From: an uncultured Alphaproteobacteria bacterium
Lineage (GTDB): Bacteria; Pseudomonadota; Alphaproteobacteria; Rhizobiales; Rhizobiaceae
DNA length: 64,000 nt
Reading direction: 5' to 3'
NCBI GenBank assembly: GCA_963822365.1
Contig: CAWGHM010000009.1
Coordinates: 338,181-402,180, forward strand
This document shows positions 30,464 through 43,196 of the stretch, in pieces. Both the position numbers and the translations under genes were made by a program. Positions within the stretch are counted from its first letter, which is position 1, and each line of letters begins with the position of its first letter. The notes under the pieces are model-generated. The model ran no database searches. It was not told where the DNA came from and worked only from the letters and a program-made list of their open reading frames with translations.

Positions 30464-33443
30464 ATGAGTTCGTTTCGCCTGCCAGGCGGTGGTCGCATCG
30501 ACCGCAGCACGCCGCTCGCTTTCACCTTCGACGGCAAGCCGATGCAGGGTTTTGCCGGCGATACGCTCGCCTCGGCACTGCTTGCCAATGGCCGTCAGCT
30601 GGTTGGCCGCTCGCTTCAAGTATCACCGCCCGCGCGGCATCCTGACGGCCGGCGCCGCCGAGCCGAATGCGCTGCTGACGATCGGCGCAGGCGGGCGCAC
30701 CGAGCCCAACACCCGCGCCACCGTCGCCGAACTGTACGACGGGCCTCGATGGCCAGCAGCCAGAACCGCTGGCCGTCGCTCGATTTCGATCATCGGCGCG
30801 GTCAACAGCCTGCTCGTCGCCCTTCCTCGGCGCCGGCTTCTACTACAAGACCTTCATGTGGCCGGCGGCCTTCTGGGAGAAGCTCTACGAGCCGATCATC
30901 CGCAAGGCCGCCGGTCTCGGCCGGGCCACCTATGAGGCCGATCCGGACACCTATGAAAAATGCTGGGCGCATTGCGACCTGCTGGTGATCGGCGCCGGCC
31001 CGGCGGGTCTTGCTGCCGCGCTGACAGCCGGCCGCGCCGGCGCACGCGTCATCCTCGCCGACGAGGGCTTCGAGCCCGGCGGTTCGCTGCTGTCGGAAAC
31101 GGCACAGATCGGACGGACAACCCGGCGGAACTGCTTGCCCGGCACGATTGCGGAACTGGAGAGCCTGCCGAATGTCCGCGTGATGACACGCACCACGATG
31201 TTCGGCTGGTATGACGGCAATGTCTTCGGCGCGCGTCGAGCGTGTGCAGAAGCATGTCGGCGCAGTCCGATCCCAACCGCCCGATCGAACGGCTTTGGCG
31301 GATCGCGGCCAAGCAGGCGATCCTCGCCACCGGCGCGGAAGAGCGGCCGATGGTGTTTGGCGGCAACGACATTCCCGGCGTGATGATGTCGGGCGCCATG
31401 CGCAGCTATCTCAACCGCTATGCCGTCGCGCCCGGCCGGCAGACCGTCATCTTCACCACCAACGCAGTCCGGCTATCGGACCGCAGCCGATCTCGAGGCA
31501 CAGGGTCTCGATGTCGCGGCCATCGTCGACAGCCGCACGGACGCGCCGACGCGATGGGCCGGCAAAGCCCGCATCATTGCCGGCGGGGTCGTGTCAGGAT
31601 GCGCGCGGCGGCAAGATGCTGTCGGGTGTCACCATTGCCAGCCCCGGCTCTTCAGAGACGATCAAGGCCGATGCGCTGGCCATGTCCGGCGGCTGGAGCC
31701 CGATCATTCACCTCGCCTGCCATCGCGGCGGCGGCCTGTCTGGTCGGATGCGAAGTCTGCCTTCCTCGCCCCCGAACGCCTGGATGGCCTGACGCTCGCC
31801 GGCTGCTGTCGCAGGCCTCGAAACGCTGGCGGCCTGCCTTGCCGATGGCGCGCGGAAAAGCCCGCCAGATCGTCGCGGACCTTGGCTTCGGCAATGCAAG
31901 CGCCGCCTTTGCATCGGCCGCCGAGGCGAAGCCTCGAGCGACGTCCAGGCCGACTCTGGTTCGTGCGCGGCGTCGAAAGGCAAGGCCTTCGTCGACTACC
32001 AGAACGACGTGCACCTCAAGGATCTCGTCTCGGCGGTCAGGGAAGGCTATGGCCATGTCGAGCTTGCCAAGCGCTACACCACCAACGGCATGGCGACCGA
32101 CCAGGGCAAGCTGTCCAACATCAACGCCATCGGCATTCTGGCCGAAGCACGCAAGCGTCTCGCCGGCCGATGTCGGCACCACGACCTTCCGGCCCTTCTA
32201 CACGCCGCGTCTCCTTCGGCGCGCTCGCCGGCACGTCGAGAGGCAAACATTTCCAGCCGGTGCGCAAATCGCCGCTGCATGACTGGGCGAAGAAACACGG
32301 CGCGATCTTTGTCGAAACCGGCCTCTGGTACCGCTCCTCCTGGTTCCCGCAGGGCTGGCGAAACGACCTGGCGCGAAAGCGTCGATCGCGAGGTTCTGAA
32401 TGTCCGCGAGAATGCCGGCATCTGCGACGTCTCGACGCTCGGCAAGATCGAGATCTTCGGCAAGGACGCGGCCGAATTCCTGAACCGCATCTATTGCAAC
32501 GCCTTTCTGAAGCTGCCGGTCGGCAAGGCGCGCTACGGGTTGATGCTGCGCGAAGACGGCATGATCTATGACGACGGCACCACCAGCCGGCTGAGTGAGG
32601 ATCATTTCTTCATGACGACCACGACGGCCTATGCCGCCGGCGTCATGACCCATCTGGAATTCTGCGCCCAGGCGCTCTGGCCCGATCTCGATGTCCAGTT
32701 TGCCTCCTCGACCGACCAGTGGGCGCAGATGGCAGTGGCCGGTCCGAAATCGCGCGCCGATTCTGCAGAAGCTCGTCGACGAGGACATTTCGGACGCAGC
32801 CTTCCCGTTCCTCGGCGCAAAGGAAGTATCGCTCTGCGGCGGCAAGCTGTCCGGCCGGCTGTTCCGCATCTCGTTTTCCGGCGAACTGGCCTATGAGCTG
32901 GCAGTGCCGGCAGGCTACGGTGAAGCCATCGCCGATGCCATCATGGAAGCCGGCAGCGAGCATGGCATCTGCCCTTACGGCGTCGAGGCGCTGGGCGTGA
33001 TGCGCATCGAGAAGGGCCATGTCACCCATTCCGAAATCAACGGAACCGTCACTCCTGCCGATCTCGGTTTTGCCAAGATGGTTTCCGCCACAAAGCCGGA
33101 TTTCATCGGCAAGGCCATGCTGTCGCGCGAAGGCATGACGGATCCGGACCGGCTCTCGCTGGTCGGTGTCAGGCCGATCGATCCCGCGACAACATTCAAG
33201 ACCGGTTCGCATATTCTGGCAGACGGCGCGACACCCTCACTTGAAAACGATCAGGGCTACATATCGTCCAGCTGCTATTCGCCGAACATCGGGTCGACGA
33301 TCGGGCTTGCCCTGGTCAAGCGCGGACCGCTAAGGCACGGCGAGCATGTTACCGTCTGGAATGACCTGAAAAACGAATATTGCAAGGCCGTGCTGTGCAG
33401 CCCGGTCTTCTTCGATCCGGAAAATGGAAAGCTCCATGGCTGA
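30464..33443 (+). pseudogene. mgdC: N-methylglutamate dehydrogenase subunit C (sarcosine oxidase alpha-subunit-like, ~990 aa); about 10 frameshifts
   Basis: Start MSSFRLPGGGRIDRSTPLAFTFDGKPMQGFAGDTLASALLANGRQLVGRS. Then KYHRPRGILTAGAAEPNALLTIGAGGRTEPNTRATVAELYDG, dinucleotide-binding CDLLVIGAGPAGLAAALTAGRAGARVILADEG, aminomethyltransferase-like middle (VLNVRENAGICDVSTLGKIEIFGKDAAEFLNRIYCNAFLKLPVGKARYGLMLREDGMIYDDGTT). C-terminal 250 aa ...GVEALGVMRIEKGHVTHSEINGTVTP...DPENGKLHG-stop are intact (ORF 32691..33443). Confidence 0.7.
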
Positions 33444-34008
33444 ATTTTCGCTTGTTCACCGCCCCGCCCTTTCCGGCGCAAAATCGGGATCTTTCGGCGC
33501 AACAGCGACTGACGGAAGGATTGTGCTCGAAGCGCTGCCGGAAGGACATGTGCTGCAGGTTCTCGCGTCCGGGGGAACGGGCGACCTTTCGACTATTGTT
33601 GCCTCTCTCGGCGATGGTTCGGACCATGCGGTCCGCGCTCTCGGCCCCGGCCAATGGTTCCTTGTCGGCGATGCAGGGCTCGCGCATTCGGATGTGACAG
33701 ACAAACAGGCGATCCTGTCCGGCAAGGCGTCGGTCGCCGACCAGTCCCATGGACGCGTGCGGATCGGCATCAGCGGCGCCGCTGTCGAGGCCGTGCTTGC
33801 CAAGGGCACGGCCGTCGACCTGCACCGGTCGCAGTTTCCGGTGGGCCGCTCGGCCATGACGCTGATCGGTCATATCTCGGCGCTGATCACGCGCACCGGC
33901 GAGACCCGCTTCGAAATCCTGGTTCTGCGGGGTTTTGCCGAGAGCCTCTGGGACGAACTGATCGAAATGAGCCTCGAATTCGGCGTCGATGCGCGAACCG
34001 GGTTCTGA
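33436..34008 (+). CDS. mgdD: N-methylglutamate dehydrogenase subunit D (sarcosine oxidase gamma-subunit-like)
   Basis: Intact ORF MAEFSLVHRPALSGAKSGSFGATATDGRIVLEALPEGHVLQVLASG... Start ATG 33436 overlaps the mgdC stop (33441-33443). Confidence 0.75.
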   Translation: MAEFSLVHRPALSGAKSGSFGATATDGRIVLEALPEGHVLQVLASGGTGDLSTIVASLGDGSDHAVRALGPGQWFLVGDAGLAHSDVTDKQAILSGKASVADQSHGRVRIGISGAAVEAVLAKGTAVDLHRSQFPVGRSAMTLIGHISALITRTGETRFEILVLRGFAESLWDELIEMSLEFGVDARTGF

Positions 34009-34311
34009 CCAGCTGCAGCGTCTTTCCGGTCTCATTTAAACCGCAATTGGCACTAGGCTGAAGTCTGACCGCTCTTTGGCCAAGGCCCCATTGTGCGGCT
34101 CAAATTTCCGAGCCAACCGCAACCGGCATTGCGGCTGAATGCAGCTCGGTTATCCTCTACGACCTGATGATGCAGCCTGCCTTCCGGCAGGAATTGACGA
34201 CGGACGCACTGGCAGTTCCCGACCCGGCAGACGCCCCTTAGAAAAAGCGGATATGACGAAACGGATCCAGCCTCCGATTTCTCATTCACGCCTTTTTCAA
34301 GGAGAATGCCC

Positions 34312-34554
34312 ATGGCTTCCACCTCCACCCCGCCGGGTGCCCGTCAATCGCAAACCCGCCTTCATCGTTTTTCGGTCGGCCAGAAGGTCCGGATGAGAAG
34401 TACGGTCGGTTTGTCATTGCGCGATGAAACGATTTTTCGCATTCTCGCAAAATTGCCTGTTCGGGATGGCTCGCCGCAATACCGCGTCCGCAGCGAAGGC
34501 GAAACCTACGAACGTGTAACGACGGAAGACAATCTCGAAGACGCCAAGGGGTAG
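34312..34554 (+). CDS. hypothetical small protein (80 aa; possible SH3/KOW-like small domain)
   Basis: ATG 34312 preceded by SD AAGGAGA at 6-nt spacing. Sequence MASTSTPPGARQSQTRLHRFSVGQKVRMRSTVGLSLRDETIFRILAKLPVRDGSPQYRV... Lies in an 800-bp gap between mgdD and hutC. Confidence 0.4.
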   Translation: MASTSTPPGARQSQTRLHRFSVGQKVRMRSTVGLSLRDETIFRILAKLPVRDGSPQYRVRSEGETYERVTTEDNLEDAKG

Positions 34555-34600
34555 GCACCATAAGCGCCACCCCGATCATCCACTGAGGAAGGACACGACC

Positions 34601-34741
34601 ATGGCCAAGGGGCAAGCGAAGAGCAACAAGGAAGTCAGAAAGCCGAAAAAGGACAAGGAAGCCGTCAAGGCTGCAGCGCCGTTCGCCGCGACGCTCAATA
34701 AGGAAGTGCCCAAGCTTTCCGGCGCAAAGCCCAAGAAATAA
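34601..34741 (+). CDS. hypothetical small lysine-rich basic protein (46 aa)
   Basis: ATG 34601 with strong SD GAGGAAGGA at 7-nt spacing. MAKGQAKSNKEVRKPKKDKEAVKAAAPFAATLNKEVPKLSGAKPKK, stop TAA 34739-34741. Below the 60-aa cutoff of the ORF track. Confidence 0.35.
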   Translation: MAKGQAKSNKEVRKPKKDKEAVKAAAPFAATLNKEVPKLSGAKPKK

Positions 34742-34804
34742 GGGCCGTCCGAAACCGGCAGGTGGCGGGATCTCCGCCACTTGGTCCGCTGGCCAGGTCT
34801 GGTT

Positions 34805-35591
34805 TTACTTCGGCTGGGACGGGGTAAAGTTCGCCACCAGCGCATGCCGCTCGCCGGGGTAGATCAGCCGGACATGGGTGATGTAGGCACCATTGCTCCA
34901 TGTGCGCCGCTCGACGGTGAGACAGGCCGTTCCGATGGCAATTCCCAGAGCCGCCGCAATCGTTTCATCGGCTGCAACAGCGCGGATCGTGTGTTCGGCC
35001 GCACTCCAGGGCACCCTGTTCAGCAGCCAGGGGCCCGGTGCCAGTTCCTCGAAGGTCTCTGACACGGCATCCGGCACGGCGGCCAGATTGATCAGGCGCT
35101 GCTCGACGCAAAATGGCCGCCCACCCGCAAGATGGACGCAGTCGATATCGAGGACAGCGGCTGCAGCCTCCAGCCCCAGACGACGCCGATCCTCCGCCGT
35201 GCTGCGGCGCTTGCTCTTCGCCAAAAGCCTGTAATCATAGGCAAGACCGAGGGACTGGACCTCAAGCTTGATATCGCGGATTTCAAGCACCGCCGACTGT
35301 GCCCGCGGCTGAGTCACATAGCTGCCGGACTTGCGCCGCCGCTCGATCAGGCCGGTCTTTGCCAGTTGCGTCAGCGCCTTGTTCACGGTCATCCGTGAAC
35401 ATTTGTACTGCTCGGCAAGATCGACCTCGAAAGGTATGCGAAACCCTGGGTGCCCATTCGCCCGTCAGGATCCGGTCCTCGATGTCGCCGAGGATGCGCT
35501 GGTGCAGCGAAAGCTCGCCTGCGCCATCGGCTGGAACCGCTCCGCTTTCCAACCCTGCATCACTCTCTGCATAACTGCGCGATTTTACCAA
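34805..35591 (-). pseudogene. hutC: histidine utilization repressor (GntR family, UTRA effector domain); one frameshift at ~35448
   Basis: N-term ...ELSLHQRILGDIEDRILTGEWAP (ORF 35283..35591). Shifts at cccAgggtttcg to ...FRIPFEVDLAEQYKCSRMTVNKALTQLAKTGLIERRRKSGSYV plus UTRA domain (ORF 34805..35392). Confidence 0.75.
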
Positions 35592-35683
35592 GGTCCCACT
35601 TCCATAGGCCGGTCGAGATGCCGGTCGTTATCGTTCTTGCCGAGATCATTCGTCAGGGACACCCCTTATCGGAATGCGATCGG

Positions 35684-37027
35684 TCAGGCCAGAAGCGCAT
35701 GCATGACGGCACGAAACCGGGACGCGATCTGGGCACGCTTTGCATGCTGTCCGTTTTCGACCTGCTTGACGCCGGCGACCCAGACACAATCCGGCTTTGT
35801 CCCATTGGCAAACAGCCAGGAATCGAGCACGGCATCATCTGTCAGTTTGCCGATATCCGGCTGCCGCAGGCTGACGAAATCGGCAGGTTTGCCGACGCTG
35901 AGGCCGACCTCCGAGCCGAGCGCCCTGCCGCCGCCGTCAACGGAACCGTCAAACAATGCCCGTCCGGTCGATTGCCCCGGCGCCGTCAGGACATTGCGCG
36001 AGCGATGCAGCAGGCGCTGCGAATATTCGAGCTGGCGCAACTCGTCTGGAATGCCGATCAGGATGTTGGAATCGGAACCGATCCCGAACCTGCCACCGGC
36101 CTCGCCAAAGACGACTGCGTTGAACGTGCCGTCACCAAGATTGGCTTCCGTCACCGGGCAGAGCCCGGCAATTGCGCCGGCCTTCGCCATCCGGCGCGTT
36201 TCATCATCGGTCATGTGGGTTGCATGGATCAGGCACCAGCGATCGTCTATCCCTGCATTGTCGAGCAGCCATTCAACCGGCCGCGCTCCCGACCAGGCCA
36301 CGCAATCCTCAACTTCCCTGACCTGTTCGGCCACATGAATATGGACCGGCCCGTCCTTTGCCATCGCCACCACCGCGGAAAGCTCGTCCGGCGTTACCGC
36401 CCGCAGGCTGTGGGGCGCGACACCGACATTGCCGCCCGGCAGACCGCCAACAGCGCGATGGCAGCCTTCGAGCAGGCGCGCGAAGCTTTGTGGATCATTG
36501 ATGAACCGGCGCTGCCCCTCGTTCGGCTCCGCCCCGCCAAAGGTCGAATGGGCATAGAAGACGGGAAGCAGGGTGAGGCCGATGCCGGTCTGCGCGGCCG
36601 CAGCGGCGATCCGCTGCGCCATCTCGGAAATATCGGCATAGGGCCGTCCGTCAATATCGTGGTGCAGATAGTGAAATTCACCGACGCGGGAAAATCCGGC
36701 TTCCAGCATCTCCATGTAGAGCTGGGCAGCAACGGCCTCGACATGATCCGGCGTCATCGACAGCGCAAACCGGTACATGACATTGCGCCAGCTCCAGAAG
36801 CTGTCAGCGCCAGGGCCGCGCATTTCGGCAAGTCCCGCCATGCCGCGCTGGAACGCGTGGCTGTGCAGATTGGGCATGCCCGGAACGAGGATATCGTGGC
36901 GCTCGTCGCCTGAGGTCGCCTCGACGCCCGCCTCAACGGAAACGATCCGGCCCGACTGCGCCTTTAGCCGCACATTCTTTTGCCAGCCCGCCGGCGTGAG
37001 TACCGATTTCCCATGAATGCTGGTCAA
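35684..37027 (-). CDS. hutF: formimidoylglutamate deiminase
   Basis: 447-aa intact ORF. Amidohydrolase metal-binding motifs (NLHSHAFQRG; HIHVAEQ). Confidence 0.85.
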   Translation of the reverse strand: MTSIHGKSVLTPAGWQKNVRLKAQSGRIVSVEAGVEATSGDERHDILVPGMPNLHSHAFQRGMAGLAEMRGPGADSFWSWRNVMYRFALSMTPDHVEAVAAQLYMEMLEAGFSRVGEFHYLHHDIDGRPYADISEMAQRIAAAAAQTGIGLTLLPVFYAHSTFGGAEPNEGQRRFINDPQSFARLLEGCHRAVGGLPGGNVGVAPHSLRAVTPDELSAVVAMAKDGPVHIHVAEQVREVEDCVAWSGARPVEWLLDNAGIDDRWCLIHATHMTDDETRRMAKAGAIAGLCPVTEANLGDGTFNAVVFGEAGGRFGIGSDSNILIGIPDELRQLEYSQRLLHRSRNVLTAPGQSTGRALFDGSVDGGGRALGSEVGLSVGKPADFVSLRQPDIGKLTDDAVLDSWLFANGTKPDCVWVAGVKQVENGQHAKRAQIASRFRAVMHALLA

Positions 37028-37128
37028 GGTCTCATCCCTTCCTGACTGTCGTCACATCAAAAAAACACTTGCGCTGATTTTCTATATGTCTATACATAAT
37101 ATCATGAAAAGGAAAGGCGCAAAAATCG

Positions 37129-38383
37129 ATGTCTTCCACAAATTCGACGACGGAACCTAAGAAAAAAGCGGCCTGCGACAGGCTCTGGCGCAATGCCCGC
37201 CTTGCGACACTCGACCCGAAACTGCCGGGCCTTGGCATCGTTGAAAATGGTGTCATTGCCGTCGAAGACGGACGGATTCTCTATGCCGGCAGCGAAGACA
37301 ATCTTCCCTTTGCGATCGTCGACGCAGCAGACATCATCGATTGCGAAGGTCGCTGGATCACGCCCGGCCTGATCGACTGCCACACCCATCTGGTCCATGC
37401 CGGCGATCGCGCCAACGAATTCGAGATGCGGCTGGCAGGTGCCACCTATGAAGAGGTCGCCCGTGCCGGCGGCGGTATCGTCTCCTCGGTTCGCGCATTG
37501 CGCGAGGCGAGTGAAGACGAGCTTGTCCGCCAGACCCTTCCTCGGCTTGATGCACTGATCGCCGAAGGGGTCACCACCGTCGAAATCAAATCCGGCTACG
37601 GCCTCGACCTCGAAAACGAGGCAAAGACCCTGCGCGCCGCCCGCCGTCTCGGCGAAGAGCGCGACGTCGCCATCCGCACCACCTTTCTCGGTGCCCATGC
37701 CCTGCCGCCCGGAGTTCAAGGGCGATCAGGCCGGCTATATCGCCAACGTCGTCGAGGAAATGCTGCCGGCGATTGCCGCTGAAGGGCTTGCGGATGCAGT
37801 CGACGGCTTCTGCGAGGGGATCGCCTTTTCGACGGATGACATGCGGCTGGTGTTCGATGCGGCCAAGGCCCATGGCCTCCCGGTCAAGCTCCACGCCGAC
37901 CAGCTTGTCCAATCTGCACGGCGCCGCCCTTGCCGCCGAATATGGCGCGCTCTCGGCCGATCATCTCGAATATACCGATGAAGCCGGCGCGCAAGCCATG
38001 GCAAACAGCGGCACCGTTGCCGTCATCCTGCCGGGCGCCTTCTATTTCATCCGCGAGACGAAGAAGCCGCCGATCGATCTGTTCCGCAAGGCACGGCGTT
38101 GCGATGGCCATCGCAACCGACAGCAATCCCGGCACCTCGCCGCTGACCTCGCTGCTTCTGACAATGAACATGGCGGCCACCCTGTTCGGCATGACGGTCG
38201 ATGAATGCATCGCCGGCGTAACCCGCGAGGCCGCCCGCGCACTCGGGCCTCGTCGACGAGGTCGGCACGTTGGAGCCCGGCAAATGGGCCGATTTCGCCA
38301 TCTGGAACATCGAGCGACCGGCCGAACTCGTCTACCGCATGGGCTTCAACCCGCTGCATGCGCGCGTCCGCAACGGACAATGA
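37129..38383 (+). pseudogene. hutI: imidazolonepropionase; about 4 frameshifts
   Basis: N-term to ...FLGAHALPP intact ([23 protein letters not shown]). Later [39 protein letters not shown]..., [35 protein letters not shown] and [44 protein letters not shown]-stop in shifted frames. Confidence 0.8.
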
Positions 38384-38432
38384 CATTGAAAGACGCGTGA
38401 GCCCTGCTCCGCGCATTGGTGAGGACTTTGCA

Positions 38433-39985
38433 ATGACCATTATTCTTCAGCCCGGGCGCCGTCCCGCTTTCGACCCTTGAGACCATCTACTGGACCGGCG
38501 AGCCCGCCCGGCTTGATCCCTCCTTCGACACGGGCATCGAGAAGGCCGCCGCCCGCATCGCCGAGATCGCCGCCGGCAATGCGCCGGTCTATGGCATCAA
38601 TACCGGCTTCGGCAAACTGGCCAGCATCAGGATCGATGCCGCCGACGTCGCCACCCTGCAGCGCAATCTCATCCTGTCGCATTGCTGCGGCGTCGGCCAG
38701 CCGCTGGCGGAAAACATCGTCCGCCTGATCATGGCGCTGAAGCTGATCTCGCTCGGCCGTGGCGCATCCGGCGTGCGGCTCGAACTGGTGCGCCTGATCG
38801 AGGCCATGCTCGAAAAGGGCGTCATTCCGGTCATCCCGGAAAAGGGCTCGGTCGGCGCCTCCGGCGACCTCGCACCGCTTGCCCATATGGCAGCCGTGAT
38901 GATGGGTGAAGGCGAAGCCTTTTTCAAGGGCGAACAGCTTGACCGGCGCGCACCGCGCTGGAACGCGCCGGCCTGCACCCCGGTCGTTCTGGCCGCCAAG
39001 GAAGGTCTGGCGCTGATCAACGGCACGCAGGTCTCCACCGCGCTGGCGCTGGCCGGCCTGTTCCGCGCCCATCGCGCCGCACAGGCGGCGCTGATCACCG
39101 GCGCGCTGTCGACCGATGCCGCCATGGGATCGTCGGCACCGTTCCATCCCGATATCCACACGCTGCGCGGCCACAAGGGCCAGATCGATGCAGCCGCCGC
39201 CCTGCGCGGCCTGCTGGCCGGTTCGGTGATCCGCGAAAGCCATCTCGAGGGCGACGAGCGCGTTCAGGACCCCTATTGCATCCGCTGCCAGCCGCAGGTC
39301 GATGGCGCCTGCCTCGATCTCCTGCGCTCGGTTGCCCGCACGCTCGAAATCGAAGCCAATGCGGTGACCGACAATCCGCTGGTTCTGTCCGACGATTCAG
39401 CGTCGTCTCGGGCGGCAATTTTCACGCCGAGCCGGTGGCCTTCGCCGCCGATCAGATCGCCCTTGCCATCTGCGAGATCGGCGCCATCGCCCAGCGCCGC
39501 ATCGCGCTTGCTGGTCGATCCGGCCCTGTCCTACGGCCTGCCGGCGTTTCTCGCCAAGAAGCCCGGGCCTCAATTCCGGCCTGATGATCGCCGAAGTCAC
39601 CTCCGCCGCGCTGATGAGCGAAAACAAGCAGATGTCGCATCCGGCCTCGGTCGATTCGACACCGACCTCGGCCAATCAGGAAGACCATGTCTCCATGGCC
39701 TGCCATGGCGCCCGCCGCCTGCTGCAGATGACCGACAACCTGTTTTGCAATCATCGGCATCGAGGCGCTGACGGCCGCCCAGGGCGTCGACTTCCGCGCC
39801 CGCTGACCACCAGCCCGGAACTGCAACAAGGCCATTGCCGCGATCCGCACCGTCGTCGCCGACACTGGAAGTCGATCGCTATATGGCCGACGATCTGCAG
39901 GCAGCCAGCGATCTGATCGCCACCGGCATCGCTGAACGCTGCGGTTTCGGCCGGCATCCTGCCGGTCGCTGGAGGCTTGAGATGA
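38433..39985 (+). pseudogene. hutH: histidine ammonia-lyase; about 10 frameshifts
   Basis: MTIILQPG then shift. ...[45 protein letters not shown]...[26 protein letters not shown] (MIO-forming ASG). Further fragments ...[99 protein letters not shown]-term ...SLNAAVSAGILPVAGGLR-stop (TGA 39983) overlaps the hutG ATG. Confidence 0.8.
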
Positions 39986-40805
39986 ACCGTCGTTCGAAGT
40001 CACACAGGGCACATCCCCGGTCATCCTCGGCTTTCCGCACACCGGCACCGATGTGCCCGCCCGCAATCTGCGAGCGGCTGAACGACAATGGCCGCATCCT
40101 CGCCGATACCGACTGGCATATCCACCATCTCTATGACGGCCTGCTGCCGGATGCGACGACGGTGCGCGCCACCTTCCACCGCTACGTCATCGACGCCAAC
40201 CGCGACCCGGCAGGCGCCAGCCTCTATCCCGGCCAGAACACCACGGGTCTCGTGCCGCGACACGGATTTTGACGGCGTGGCCGATCTGGAAGGACGGCGA
40301 AGAGCCGACCGAAGCCGACATTGCGCTCCGGCTTGCCGATTTCCACGCGCCCTATCACGCGGCTCTGGCAGGCGGAGATCGAGCGGGTCAAGGCCATCCA
40401 CGGCATTGCCGTCCTCTACGATTGCCATTCGATCCGCTCGCAGATCCCGTTCCTGTTCGAAGGCACGCTGCCGGATTTCAACATCGGCACCGACAGCGGC
40501 AAGACCTGCGATCCGTCGATCGAGACCGCCGCCGTCGAAGTTGCGTCGAAGGCCGCAGGGCTACACCTGCATTCTCAACGGTCGCTTCAAGGGCGGCTGG
40601 ACGACGCGCCACTACGGCAAGCCGGCAGACCGGCGTGCATGCGATCCAGATGGAACTGGCGCAGTCCACCCATCTGACCACCGAGACGCCGCCCTTCGCC
40701 TATGACGACGCCAAGGCGGCCAGACTTCGCATTCACCTGAACAGACATTCTCACGCGCATCGAATCCGCTGCGCTGACACTGGCACCCACCAGAAGGGGA
40801 ACCAG

Positions 40806-40809
<4 letters not shown>
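39982..40809 (+). pseudogene. hutG: N-formylglutamate amidohydrolase; frameshifts, 3' end uncertain (40740 or 40809)
   Basis: SD GGAGG then ATG 39982, MN then a 1-nt deletion (cc vs ccc). Continues [51 protein letters not shown]... Later fragments [26 protein letters not shown] and ...[34 protein letters not shown] in other frames. Confidence 0.65.
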
Positions 40810-42483
<1,674 letters not shown>

Positions 42484-42486
42484 GGC

Positions 42487-42879
42487 TTAGATCAGCGGAT
42501 ATTTCGGAAGACCGGGATACCGAAGAACTGCATCATCGACAGTGATCAATGGGACCCCTTCGATGATTGCCTGAGCAATCAGGATGCGATCAAAGGGGTC
42601 TTTGTGAAGCAACGGCAAACCTGCAATCGCAATTGCGTGTTCGCTGTTTATGGGAAGCTCGGTATATCCGTTTTCGAGAAGGCGATACCGCAGGACGAAG
42701 GGATCGGTGCGAAAATCGTCCCGCCCTAGACTGTGTTTTGTCGCCGTTTCCCAGATGCTCGCAGGACTGAAATTGAGCTCGTTGTTCGTATCTTCAATGA
42801 GCTTTCTGATGCCGGTGGACAGCATATCGAGATCGCCCGCCGCCCAGATCAGAATATGTGTATCGAGCAGCAGTCTCAT
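42487..42879 (-). CDS. vapC: type II toxin VapC (PIN domain)
   Basis: 130-aa [19 protein letters not shown]...[21 protein letters not shown] with conserved PIN acidic residues. ATGA overlap with the antitoxin. Confidence 0.8.
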   Translation of the reverse strand: MRLLLDTHILIWAAGDLDMLSTGIRKLIEDTNNELNFSPASIWETATKHSLGRDDFRTDPFVLRYRLLENGYTELPINSEHAIAIAGLPLLHKDPFDRILIAQAIIEGVPLITVDDAVLRYPGLPKYPLI

Positions 42880-43145
42880 CGGTCTTTGAATTTGTCGGGA
42901 TTGCCGTAGAACATCTCTTCGATTTCATCGGCCATCATCGTATCGAAATCATCCGGCATGACGATTTCGCCTTTCATGAAACCGATCCGGCGCTTCTTCG
43001 GCGTGTCCGCGTCATCCAACGGCACAAGTTTTCCGATCGGCTTGCCGGCCTTGGCTATGATGAAGGATTCACCTTTGGAAACCTTTTCCATCAGGCGTGA
43101 GAGATGCGTCTTCGCTTCGTGTATATTGATGGTCTCCATCACCAT
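42876..43145 (-). CDS. type II antitoxin, Phd/YefM family
   Basis: 89-aa ORF METINIHEAKTHLSRLMEKVSKGESFIIAKAGKPIGKLVPL. Stop overlaps the vapC start. Confidence 0.75.
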   Translation of the reverse strand: MVMETINIHEAKTHLSRLMEKVSKGESFIIAKAGKPIGKLVPLDDADTPKKRRIGFMKGEIVMPDDFDTMMADEIEEMFYGNPDKFKDR

Positions 43146-43196
43146 CCTCCTTCGGACTTAGTCCACTGAACTTAGTCCGCTCCATAGAGGTCTACA

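Noticed and set aside
35450-36913. 487-aa plus-strand ORF
   Set aside because: Antisense to the intact hutF gene. No domain signal.
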